DNA of 64,000 nucleotides, taken from Nitrosopumilus sp. UBA526 (lineage in GTDB: Archaea; Thermoproteota; Nitrososphaeria; Nitrososphaerales; Nitrosopumilaceae). The stretch is from the NCBI GenBank assembly GCA_002506665.1, contig DAXZ01000053.1:7337-71336 (forward strand). The letters run 5' to 3'. The position numbers were made by a program, and so were the translations under genes. Positions 1-9,082 of this stretch are shown one piece after another (position 1 is the first letter of the stretch; the number at the start of each line of letters is the position of its first letter). The notes beneath the pieces were generated by a model. That model made no database searches. It was not told where the DNA came from and saw nothing but the letters and a program-made list of their open reading frames with translations.

Positions 1-1251
1 TTCCATGCGCAGTTCCACGAAGAACGGAACATCAATGTCTCATCTAGCGGGCAGACTGCCATATTGGAATCATCATCTCTTACAAGCTATGTGAATGCAA
101 AGTCCGGGCTCTACTTTGCATTATATCTAGTCTTTGCAATGGGAATGCTTGGTACTGTTTTATCGACTAATCTTATCGAGTTTTACATATTTTTTGAAGT
201 CATGCTGATTCCAGCGTTTTTTCTAGTTGCCCTGTGGGGGGACGGTCCTAGAAGAAAGATAGGTCTAATGTTCTTGTTCTGGACACATGCGGGAGCCGTA
301 GTGTTGCTGTTGGGATTTTTGATGATAGGCATGACACTCGGAAGCTTTGACTTTGCAGATATTTCAGAATCAGCAATTCCTGCAGACATTGCACTATACT
401 CGGCTGTTGCCATATCTATTGGCTTGGGAGTCAAGCTGGCAGTCTTTATGTTTCATATCTGGCTTCCATATGTTCACGGCTCGGCGCCCACCCCTATCAG
501 CGCTTTACTGTCACCTGCGATGATAGGAATTGGGGCCTATGGACTCTTTAGACTCGTTGTCGAGTTTCTACCGCTGACGTTTGCAGAACTCGCAATCTGG
601 TTTCACATCTGGGGGCTTGTTACCATGATATATGGCGGCGCGATGGCGTTGATGCAAGATGATCTAAAACGTCTTCTTGCATACTCTAGTATCAGCCAGA
701 TGGGCTATCTCTTGTTTGGGATTGGTTCAATCTCTGCGCTCGGTCTCTCCGGTGCAGAGATGATGTATGTGACACACGGGATTGGAAAGGGCATTTTATT
801 TATGATGGCAGGAATTATCATCGTCAGGGTGGGAACAAGAAGCATCTCCAAGCTTGGCGGACTAGCATCCAAGATGCCGATAACTGCCGTATGTGCAGTC
901 ATTGGCGCATTAACGATAATGGGAATTCCACCAACGAGCGGTTTTATGGGTGAGTGGATCTTGTTTTATGGCGCACTAGAGACTGCCATCAATGACGGCT
1001 CTACATTACGAGCCATAACGTTTGGCCTAGGCCTTGTTGCAACCGTACTTACAATGGCGTACATGCTCTGGATGCTAAAGCGTGTATTCTTTGGCAAGAC
1101 ACCTGAGCATCTTGACGGGGTCAAGGAGGGCAGCTGGTACATGACTGCACCAATGATGGTACTTGCAGGCTTTTCAATCATAGTTGGAATATATCCTGAC
1201 ATATTCCTAAAGTCCATAATCCCATACATGAGCGGAGTGCTGGGAGCTTAG
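1..1251 (+). CDS. nuoM: NADH-quinone oxidoreductase subunit M (5'-truncated by window edge)
   Basis: Antiporter-like membrane protein with FFEVMLIP, FHIWLPYVH and LAYSSISQMG motifs; frame open from base 1. Confidence 0.93.
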   Translation, partial: FHAQFHEERNINVSSSGQTAILESSSLTSYVNAKSGLYFALYLVFAMGMLGTVLSTNLIEFYIFFEVMLIPAFFLVALWGDGPRRKIGLMFLFWTHAGAVVLLLGFLMIGMTLGSFDFADISESAIPADIALYSAVAISIGLGVKLAVFMFHIWLPYVHGSAPTPISALLSPAMIGIGAYGLFRLVVEFLPLTFAELAIWFHIWGLVTMIYGGAMALMQDDLKRLLAYSSISQMGYLLFGIGSISALGLSGAEMMYVTHGIGKGILFMMAGIIIVRVGTRSISKLGGLASKMPITAVCAVIGALTIMGIPPTSGFMGEWILFYGALETAINDGSTLRAITFGLGLVATVLTMAYMLWMLKRVFFGKTPEHLDGVKEGSWYMTAPMMVLAGFSIIVGIYPDIFLKSIIPYMSGVLGA

Positions 1252-1252
1252 T

Positions 1253-3319
1253 ATGGCAACAGAATCCCTTGACTTTGGTGCTATTGCCGCATGGCTTGTC
1301 TGGATACTGCCATTTGCTGCCGCACTAATAATGCCAGGCATTGGCAAGTTATCAAAGAACGCAACTGGATTTGTTGCAGTAGGATTTGCCCTGATGAGTG
1401 CACTGTCGGCAGTATCACTGCTTCCGGTGGCACTTGAGGCACACGAGATTCATGACCAAATAATGTGGATTGACTCTATAGGAATCAAGGCCGGAGTCCT
1501 TGCAGACCCGCTCTCGATAATCATGGCAAATGTTGTTGGCTGGATATCATTTCTGATAATGATTTACAGTACGGGTTACATGAAAGGTGAGAGGGACATC
1601 ACGCGATTCTGGTTTTGGATGTTGTTTTTCATTGGCTCAATGCAGCTCATAGTGATGTCTGATAACTTGTTGCAGGTATTCTTTGGCTGGGAGGGTGTCG
1701 GACTTGCATCGTATGCCCTTGTCAGCTTTTGGTATAGAGACAAAAGAAAAGACCATGTCGGCACCAGGGGACGTACGGTTCTTGGAATGCTTGACTATTA
1801 TGCACCAACACATGCCGGAATGAAGGCATTCATCATGACCAAGGTGGGAGACGTTATGATGATTGCAGGCATGTTATTGATATTTTTGTTTGCAGGTACG
1901 TTTGGATTTAGAGAACTGCTCGACAATACTGACTGGGCTACCACAATGGCTGCCCAGGGACTGTTAGTACCTGCGTTTGTATTGCTCTTTGGCGGGGCTC
2001 TTGGCAAATCCGCGCAGTTCCCGCTAAACGAGTGGCTACTAGAGGCAATGACTGGACCTACTGCCGTATCTGCACTGATTCATGCTGCAACGATGGTCAA
2101 GGCCGGTGTATTTCTGGTTGCAAGGATTGGCCCCATAGTATTTGCACTGGGGGCTGCCGGAATCATGACTGACCAGTTCTTTGAGATTATCGCATGGGTT
2201 GGCGCAATTACTGCGCTATTACTTGCAACACAGGGAATGGTCAATCCTGAGATCAAAAAGGTACTTGCATATTCCACGGGGTCTCAGATAGGATACATGA
2301 TGATGGCGCTAGGTGTTGCAGGACTGTCTTACCAATACATTGATGGCTATACTGCAGGGTTTTATCATCTGATATCGCATGCAATGTTCAAGGCATCGCT
2401 ATTCATGGCGGCAGGCTCGCTGTTACACGTTGTAGGTTCTAGATTCATGACTGACATGGGTGGCTTGAGACGGCACATGAGAAAGACCTTTGCATTCATG
2501 TGGGCTGCCGGTCTTGGACTGATGGGTGCTCCATTTATCACGACAGGTTTTTGGAGCAAGGATGCAGTATTTGCCGCAGTATACGAGTCTGGAAATGAGT
2601 GGGCAATTCCGCTATACATCATTGCAGTTCTTACTGCCGTAATCACTGCGTTTTACACAACAAGGATGCTGGGAATGGTCTTCTTTGGAGATAAAAGCAG
2701 ACATATTCAAAAGATGGAAGAGCAAGGACATTACATTCATGAAGCACCGTTATCCATGTGGATGCCATACGGAATTCTCGCAGTCCTGACAATAGGCATA
2801 GGCATAATAGGTCTGTCTGCAGAAGAGGGACTGCATCATTTGTTTACTGAATATCTAGGCAACTACTTTGGAATTCATATCGCGCATGTAACTGCCGAAC
2901 CCTCAATGCTGCCTGGATTCCTGCAAGGCCTCAATCCAGTTGCGCTCGGGTCATCTCTTGTGGCGTTTGCAACCGGCATCGGACTGGGCTATATCTTTTA
3001 TATCGGAAGGTGGGTGGATCCTGCAAAGTTTGTCAACTCGAATATTCTATTCTACTCTATACACAAAGTTCTCTTAAACCGGTGGTATCTTAACGCCATA
3101 ATTTATTGGTGTTTTGTAGTAGCTCCCCTGTGGCTGGCAAGGGCGGTATCTCGATACTTTGAAAAGACTGTTATTGATTACGGCATGAATACCGGAGTCC
3201 AAAAGGCAGTCAGTTGGGGAGCCCGAGTCGTACAGGGGACACAGACAGGCATCTCACAGACGTATCTATTCGTATTTGGAGCAGGACTGTTGTTTGTAGT
3301 TCTGATATTGCTGATATAG
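1253..3319 (+). CDS. nuoL: NADH-quinone oxidoreductase subunit L
   Basis: GWEGVG, GKSAQFPL, AMTGPTAVSALIHAATMV motifs. Confidence 0.96.
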   Translation: MATESLDFGAIAAWLVWILPFAAALIMPGIGKLSKNATGFVAVGFALMSALSAVSLLPVALEAHEIHDQIMWIDSIGIKAGVLADPLSIIMANVVGWISFLIMIYSTGYMKGERDITRFWFWMLFFIGSMQLIVMSDNLLQVFFGWEGVGLASYALVSFWYRDKRKDHVGTRGRTVLGMLDYYAPTHAGMKAFIMTKVGDVMMIAGMLLIFLFAGTFGFRELLDNTDWATTMAAQGLLVPAFVLLFGGALGKSAQFPLNEWLLEAMTGPTAVSALIHAATMVKAGVFLVARIGPIVFALGAAGIMTDQFFEIIAWVGAITALLLATQGMVNPEIKKVLAYSTGSQIGYMMMALGVAGLSYQYIDGYTAGFYHLISHAMFKASLFMAAGSLLHVVGSRFMTDMGGLRRHMRKTFAFMWAAGLGLMGAPFITTGFWSKDAVFAAVYESGNEWAIPLYIIAVLTAVITAFYTTRMLGMVFFGDKSRHIQKMEEQGHYIHEAPLSMWMPYGILAVLTIGIGIIGLSAEEGLHHLFTEYLGNYFGIHIAHVTAEPSMLPGFLQGLNPVALGSSLVAFATGIGLGYIFYIGRWVDPAKFVNSNILFYSIHKVLLNRWYLNAIIYWCFVVAPLWLARAVSRYFEKTVIDYGMNTGVQKAVSWGARVVQGTQTGISQTYLFVFGAGLLFVVLILLI

Positions 3320-3329
3320 GTGAGATGGT

Positions 3330-4802
3330 ATGATAGAGATTACATCTACTCCTTTGGTTTTAATTGCGATACTGGGAACTGTCGGCATTATTCTTCCAAT
3401 ACTGAGCATTGCAAGAAAGGAGCAGGGCTCAAACTTGTTTTATGCCATAATTGCATTTGCCGCCCTGATATTGTCTATTGGCTATGTCGGGTATCAGTTT
3501 TATGCGGAAAACGTTGCCACATCTGTGCTCTTTTCAGAAGACGTACTAGTAGATGATTCGTTTGGAGGATTCTTTGCAATTGCAATGCTGCTAGTTGCAA
3601 TTTTCACAACTGTCGGCTCTTTTAACTATATGCGAAAGCAAAACTCGCCGGCAGTCTACTATTCCCTGATACTGCTTGCAACAATAGGAATGGTTCTTGT
3701 TGCATACTCTACAGACCTGATAATGCTCTTTGTTGCATGGGAGCTGATGAGCATTCCAACATACATCCTGGTAGGCTATATGAAGAAAAATCCCAGCTCA
3801 AATGAGGCGGCTCTGAAATATTTCCTGTTTGGCGCACTATCTTCTGCAATCATAGTTTATGGCATCTCAATTGCATACGGACTGACTGGCTCTACAAACA
3901 TCGGGGAGGTTATTCAAGGGTATGCAACACTTGACCCCTCATTACTGCCACTTGGATTACTCTCTGTTGGGCTGTTTATTGCAGGATTTGGATTCAAGAT
4001 GGGGCTCGTACCTTTCCATCAGTGGCTTCCTGATACCTATGAGGGGGCTCCACCTACAATTACTGCACTGCTAGCGGCTGCCACCAAAAAGGCGGGATTT
4101 GCCGCAACAATCCGAGTTGTAGTTCTTGGGATGGTGGTATTAAATATCGACTGGACACTGGCACTTGGAATACTTGCAGTCATGACCATGACTATTGGTA
4201 ACGTTGCAGCAATCATGCAAAAGAGCATCACTAGGATGCTGGCATACTCGAGTATCGCGCATGCCGGTTACATCTTGATCGGCCTTGCAGTTGCACCGCA
4301 CAGCTCACTCGGACTTCAAGGCTCGCTGTACCAGATTATGAATCATGCCGTGATGAAGGGGGCCGCCTTTATTGCGATTGCAGGCATAGTCACCACTCTT
4401 GGTGTAACTCACATTGAGAAACTAAAGGGGCTTGGAAGACGAATGCCAATAACTGCATTAGGCCTAGTCATTGCCCTCTTTGCACTAGCAGGTGTGCCTC
4501 CACTTTCTGGATTTTGGAGCAAGATGATGCTCTTTGGAAGTGCCTTGGATGCGGGTTCTGCACTGTGGTGGGCACCCTGGCTTGCAATTGCCGGCGTCCT
4601 AAACAGTGCGCTATCCCTTGCATACTATGGCTGGATTACAAGAAAGATGTACTTTGAGGGAGAGACAGAAAAGAGAGTTGCAGAGCCAAAGTCTATAATT
4701 GCTGTAATGATATTCTCAACCATATTCCTTGTAGGATTTGGTGTCTATCCAGAACCACTCTTAAAGTTTGTCGAGTTTGCAACACCTGTAATCATGCCTT
4801 AA
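3330..4802 (+). CDS. nuoN: NADH-quinone oxidoreductase subunit N
   Basis: EAALKYF, FKMGLVPFHQWLPDTYEGAP, LAYSSIAHAGY motifs. Confidence 0.95.
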   Translation: MIEITSTPLVLIAILGTVGIILPILSIARKEQGSNLFYAIIAFAALILSIGYVGYQFYAENVATSVLFSEDVLVDDSFGGFFAIAMLLVAIFTTVGSFNYMRKQNSPAVYYSLILLATIGMVLVAYSTDLIMLFVAWELMSIPTYILVGYMKKNPSSNEAALKYFLFGALSSAIIVYGISIAYGLTGSTNIGEVIQGYATLDPSLLPLGLLSVGLFIAGFGFKMGLVPFHQWLPDTYEGAPPTITALLAAATKKAGFAATIRVVVLGMVVLNIDWTLALGILAVMTMTIGNVAAIMQKSITRMLAYSSIAHAGYILIGLAVAPHSSLGLQGSLYQIMNHAVMKGAAFIAIAGIVTTLGVTHIEKLKGLGRRMPITALGLVIALFALAGVPPLSGFWSKMMLFGSALDAGSALWWAPWLAIAGVLNSALSLAYYGWITRKMYFEGETEKRVAEPKSIIAVMIFSTIFLVGFGVYPEPLLKFVEFATPVIMP

Positions 4803-5643
4803 ACGAGGCAAACTGAATCAAACCATCCAGGCTTGTCTTTGCATCATTGTCTGGAACCTTTCTTAATCCCATTCTTGCTTTTTCTGAATACTCTTGTAAC
4901 AATTCCTCCATCTTGTCAAAGACATCCCTTGGGTCAGAACTCTTTTTGATTAACAGATTAAACAGCTTGTCCTCGTTCTTCCAGTCTAGCAGGTCATCTC
5001 TTATCTGGTATGCTATCCCAATGTTTTTTCCATACTCTGTTAGCGCCTCAATCTGTTCTTCTGTTCCATTTGCAAGAATTGCGCCCATCCTTGCAGCAAC
5101 CTCAAATGCAGTAGCAGTCTTGTATCCGATTACTTTGAGATAGTCATCAAATGTTACATCTTCACTTGTCTCCAGTCTTCCTTCAATCATCTCCCCTTCA
5201 CTCATAAGCATGGCCGTTGTGGCCAAGTCCTTTGTAATTCTGGCATTGTCTAGTCTTGATGAGATTGCAAGAATCAGTCCAAGCACAAAATCACCAGTCA
5301 GTACACTTGTGTTGTATCCATACCTCACATGAAACGGGTCTTTGTGTCGTCTCATTGTCTCATTGTCTATTATATCATCATGTATTATTGACTCCATGTG
5401 CAAAAACTCTACAGCACACGATGCCGCAAGTACGTTCTCATCAATCTTGCCTACACTCTCTGCTGCCAAATTCAGAATTATTGGCCTGATTCTCTTGCCC
5501 CCATCCAAGGAATACCTTAGCGGCTCGATAAACTCGGACTCGGAATATACTGACAGTTCTGATTCTAGCGCCTCGTTTATTCTCTGAATGTACTTTCCAC
5601 AGGTCTTTACTAGGGGATTTATCTCGATATTCTTCCTGTCCAA
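4792..5643 (-). CDS. Polyprenyl diphosphate synthase (GGPP synthase family)
   Basis: GGKRIRP, IHDDIID, YQIRDD motifs; start moved to TTG at 5643 because the longer ORF overlaps tRNA-Glu. Confidence 0.9.
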   Translation of the reverse strand: MDRKNIEINPLVKTCGKYIQRINEALESELSVYSESEFIEPLRYSLDGGKRIRPIILNLAAESVGKIDENVLAASCAVEFLHMESIIHDDIIDNETMRRHKDPFHVRYGYNTSVLTGDFVLGLILAISSRLDNARITKDLATTAMLMSEGEMIEGRLETSEDVTFDDYLKVIGYKTATAFEVAARMGAILANGTEEQIEALTEYGKNIGIAYQIRDDLLDWKNEDKLFNLLIKKSSDPRDVFDKMEELLQEYSEKARMGLRKVPDNDAKTSLDGLIQFASFKA

Positions 5644-5685
5644 GATGGGCCTGATCAAAAAACTTTGTCCAAAGTAAATAAACCT

Positions 5686-5779
5686 TGGTGCTCCAGCCGG
5701 GACTTTCATCATGTGATTTTGAACCCGGGATCTTTGCCTTGAAAGGGCAAAATGCTTGACCGGTCTACACCACTGGAAC
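5686..5779 (-). tRNA. tRNA-Glu(TTC) with ~15-nt non-canonical intron in the T-loop; CCA encoded
   Basis: Acceptor GTTCCAG/CTGGAGC-A-CCA, anticodon arm TTGCC-CTTTCAA-GGCAA; T-stem CCGGG/CCCGG encloses 22 nt instead of 7. Confidence 0.92.
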
Positions 5780-5852
5780 CCATAAAAATTCTGTATTATG
5801 ACCATAAAATCTTTTGTAAAGATTTTTTTATTGGTATAATTGGAGTCAGGTC

Positions 5853-6485
5853 ATGAACATAATTAAAAAGATTGACGAGATGATCGAAGAGAGGAGCTTG
5901 CTAAAACACCCATTTTACCAAATGTGGTCTGATGGAAAACTAGTACAAGAGTCACTTGCTGGTTACTCGAAAGAATACTTTCAGCTTGTAAAGGCAGTAC
6001 CATCTTTTATGAGTAAAATCATTGCCCAGTCCCCAGAATCTGTAACTGCCGAGTTGGTTGCAAACCAGCAAGAAGAGTCTGATCATATAAAACCCTGGAT
6101 TGTCTTTGCCTCTGAGCTTGGAATAGATAGAGAGGAGCTAGAATCGTATTGTGGAACTGCAAAAACACTAAAGGCAGTATCTGATTTAGCCAAGCTTGTG
6201 GATACCTTTGATGGCGGTTCATGTGCAATGTATGCCTTTGAGAAAGAGATCCCAAAAATCAGCCAAACCAAGCTTGACGGGCTAGCAGAATTTTATGGAA
6301 TTACAAGCAACAAGGCTACAGAATACTTTGAGCTTCATACAACAGCAGACATTAGACATGCGGCATCTTGGCGAAACATCTTGGAGACATCTGCTGCTGA
6401 CTCGGACTATCTAGTTGAGGTTGCAGGCAAATCAATATCTGCACAAAATTTATTGCTTGATAGCTGTTATGAAAAATACTGTTAA
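5853..6485 (+). CDS. TenA/PqqC/CADD-like heme-oxygenase-fold protein
   Basis: LLKHPFYQMW, EESDH, YFELH..ADIRH metal-ligand pattern. Confidence 0.85.
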   Translation: MNIIKKIDEMIEERSLLKHPFYQMWSDGKLVQESLAGYSKEYFQLVKAVPSFMSKIIAQSPESVTAELVANQQEESDHIKPWIVFASELGIDREELESYCGTAKTLKAVSDLAKLVDTFDGGSCAMYAFEKEIPKISQTKLDGLAEFYGITSNKATEYFELHTTADIRHAASWRNILETSAADSDYLVEVAGKSISAQNLLLDSCYEKYC

Positions 6486-6526
6486 TCTCATAACACTTTA
6501 TACCCAAGACAAAATTTACCTGTTTA

Positions 6527-6600
6527 GGGCCCGTAACTCAGCTTGGTAGAGTAACCGGCTCATAACCGGTGAGCCAAGGGATCGAAGCCCTTCGGGCCCA
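6527..6600 (+). tRNA. tRNA with CAT anticodon, most likely tRNA-Ile2 (agmatidine-modified) rather than Met
   Basis: Cloverleaf with GGGCCCG/CGGGCCC acceptor stem and ACCGG-CTCATAA-CCGGT anticodon arm; the acceptor stem is Ile-type. Confidence 0.9.
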
Positions 6601-6826
6601 CTTGATCTATTTTTGGCTATGAAATCGCAACCACTGTCTTCTCAAATCAAGAAAGAAAGGCCAACTGCCAATACCCAACCTAGGGTCTTTGAGGGGGCGC
6701 TAGTGTGAGATGAACATTTGTTTTGCGATGATTTTGTATAATCAGTTTGAAAAAGCTCGGCACGAGCCTAAACAAATACCCATAATATTATGGAATAAAT
6801 ATTATCAATATAGAGAGCCTAAAGGC

Positions 6827-6925
6827 ATAATTTATGTTGGATGAATCTGGAAACTCTGGACTAGAATCAAAACTTGTTGGAAATGGTTCATCAAATCTTT
6901 GGTTTTAACTTGGGATATGATCTCA
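6827..6925 (+). pseudogene. Frameshifted N-terminal relic of a DUF3800-like gene
   Basis: ATAATTTATGTT-G-GATGAATCTGGAAACTCTGGACTA reads IIYV/DESGNSGL once one extra G is removed; stop follows soon after. Confidence 0.55.
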
Positions 6926-6999
6926 TTGATGAAATATGCCATGTGTTTGGAGGTAAACTGATACCAAATATTTTTAAATAAAATAATACATCAACCTTT

Positions 7000-8418
7000 A
7001 TGGTACACACACCACCGGGCAATTTTGACCGTATTCAGATTCAAAATTCCATGATAAACATATTGCATAATGACGGAAAAAGCATTGATGATATAGAAAA
7101 GCAAAAGAAACAGAAATACAAAGGAGAATCATTACAAATCAAACATCGTAATGAATCAGTCTGGCATATCACAAGGGAGCTTGCAGATCATGTGGCATCA
7201 GACCTGAGAATTAATAGTACTTTCTGGGGTTCAACTAGAAGTTCAGATGAATTTTACAGTATTATCAATCAAGAGATTTACAAGCTTGGAAGAAAAAAAC
7301 AGATCATATACTGGAATAGCTCAAAGCAGTTTGGAGTATTCCGACTAGAGACACGTGTTCATATTCCAAAAAGAACTGAGGTCAGTTTTGATCAAAGACC
7401 CGAGTCTCAAGATCTAACTATAGATGAATATTCTCTTAAACAGGCATTTGTCTCAATATTGACCAAAGGCAAGAAAGACAACACATACAAGTTTGCATTG
7501 GCAAGGGCGCTATTAGACTATTGCAGTGAAAATGAAAACCATTCTCAAACTCATGAGATCCCATACCGGTATTTATCTGAAAAATTTCTAAAATACTATT
7601 GGCACCAAGAATGCAAGTTCAGGATAAAACAAGACTTTCATTCAAAAAAATCTCCAAAGATAATCCAAGCTATTCGAGAGGTATTTGATGTTGATAAACC
7701 TGGTAACAATGACCCTGGCAATTTTGATTTAATTGATGATACAAAAAAGCATCAGGCTGAAGAAAAAATACTAAAAACTGTATTTGGTCATGCAAGATCA
7801 AAGACATCCATGGTCGTACCCAAATTTCAGAATATCTCAAAGGGAAACAGCGTGGATAAGCGGCGATTCTTTTATGATTTTAGTGACGATGAACAAAAAA
7901 TTTACCTAAAGCCTGAGGCCTTTGGCTTTTTTAGGAATAATTATGCTATACTTTCTGGTCTAGTTTTTGTAGAATGGGCAAAGTATCTAGAAAAGATTAA
8001 CGATTCACTACCTAGACTCGTAGCAAAGATATATCATGATGAGGTGAATAGAGGGCCACTGACTGAGTATCAAAAAATCTACTGGGAACACACGTGTGAT
8101 TGTTTTTACTGTAATGACAAACTAGAGCGTGGTTATATTCATGTAGATCATTTTATTCCATGGTCATACATATTTGAGGATAGTGCATGGAATCTGGTTT
8201 TAGCTTGTCCAAAATGTAATCTGAAAAAAAGTAACTCACTAGCACAAGAGGAATTTTGTGATGACTTGGTACAAAGAAACTCCAAATATCAAGACAAGCT
8301 TAAAAAACTAAAACAATCTCTGATGATCCTTGATGCAGGTAGAGGCTGGAAGATTGAGATTAAAAATCATTATACACGCTGCAAAGACTATGGGTTTAGT
8401 GACATACAGATGCCATAA
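7000..8418 (+). CDS. HNH endonuclease with N-terminal putative winged-helix domain
   Basis: CFYC..HVDHFIPW..WNLVLACPKCNLKKSN; TYKFALARALL segment; AT-rich. Confidence 0.88.
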   Translation: MVHTPPGNFDRIQIQNSMINILHNDGKSIDDIEKQKKQKYKGESLQIKHRNESVWHITRELADHVASDLRINSTFWGSTRSSDEFYSIINQEIYKLGRKKQIIYWNSSKQFGVFRLETRVHIPKRTEVSFDQRPESQDLTIDEYSLKQAFVSILTKGKKDNTYKFALARALLDYCSENENHSQTHEIPYRYLSEKFLKYYWHQECKFRIKQDFHSKKSPKIIQAIREVFDVDKPGNNDPGNFDLIDDTKKHQAEEKILKTVFGHARSKTSMVVPKFQNISKGNSVDKRRFFYDFSDDEQKIYLKPEAFGFFRNNYAILSGLVFVEWAKYLEKINDSLPRLVAKIYHDEVNRGPLTEYQKIYWEHTCDCFYCNDKLERGYIHVDHFIPWSYIFEDSAWNLVLACPKCNLKKSNSLAQEEFCDDLVQRNSKYQDKLKKLKQSLMILDAGRGWKIEIKNHYTRCKDYGFSDIQMP

Positions 8419-8526
8419 GAGAATATATGATTACTCACACGAAAAGCCAGATTATAACCAATTTCAACCAAAAGTTAAACCAAAATGATCAGAAAGACAC
8501 TTTAACTCCGATTATGTGTTTACATT

Positions 8527-8664
8527 ATGGTAAAAGTTTTTTACGTAGACAACTCCAGAAAATATGACCCTTTGATATACAAGTCCGATATGCCACTGAC
8601 GGATGAAGAATTGGATGAAGACCTGAATGACGAATTGAATGAAGACTCGGATGCTAAAGACTAG
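8527..8664 (+). CDS. 45-aa acidic microprotein, copy 1 (MVKVFYVDNSRKYDPLIYKSDMPLTDEELDEDLNDELNEDSDAKD)
   Basis: ORF intact in both repeat copies; TTTAA ~25 nt upstream; stop overlaps the convergent stop (CTAG). Confidence 0.55.
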   Translation: MVKVFYVDNSRKYDPLIYKSDMPLTDEELDEDLNDELNEDSDAKD

Positions 8665-8870
8665 ATACATGATTTTTCAAAAATCACTCTGATCAGCATA
8701 TCCATGATCTCATTTTTCATATCATCACTAAATTTGTTTTTTCTGATATTTGGGATCAGACACGGCAGGTATACTCCGGGAAATGATGTCCATTCCTCGT
8801 TAATGCACTTGATATGTGCAGACTGGCTCATCAGCTCCTGCATCTCATCTTTCCCATCAAAAAGCCAGAT
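8661..8870 (-). pseudogene. Duplicated 3' end (~70 codons) of the HD-domain gene
   Basis: IWLFDGKDEMQELMSQSAH...IFEKSCI is nearly identical to the C-terminus of 9079..10587. Confidence 0.9.
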
Positions 8871-8944
8871 TATAACCAATTTTAACCAAAAGTTAAACCA
8901 AAATGATCAGAAAGACACTTTAACTCCGACTATGTGTTTACATT

Positions 8945-9082
8945 ATGGGAAAAGTTTTTTTCGTAGACAACTCCAGAAAATATGACCCCTTGATATACAA
9001 GTCCGATATGCCACTGACGGATGAAGAATTGAATGAAGACTTGAATGACGAATTGATTGAAGACTCGGATGCTAAAGACTAG
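8945..9082 (+). CDS. 45-aa acidic microprotein, copy 2 (MGKVFFVDNSRKYDPLIYKSDMPLTDEELNEDLNDELIEDSDAKD)
   Basis: Same architecture as copy 1; 4 amino-acid differences. Confidence 0.55.
   Translation: MGKVFFVDNSRKYDPLIYKSDMPLTDEELNEDLNDELIEDSDAKD

Noticed and set aside
5644-5805. N-terminal extension of the polyprenyl synthase ORF
   Set aside because: It overlaps tRNA-Glu; TTG at 5643 is the plausible start
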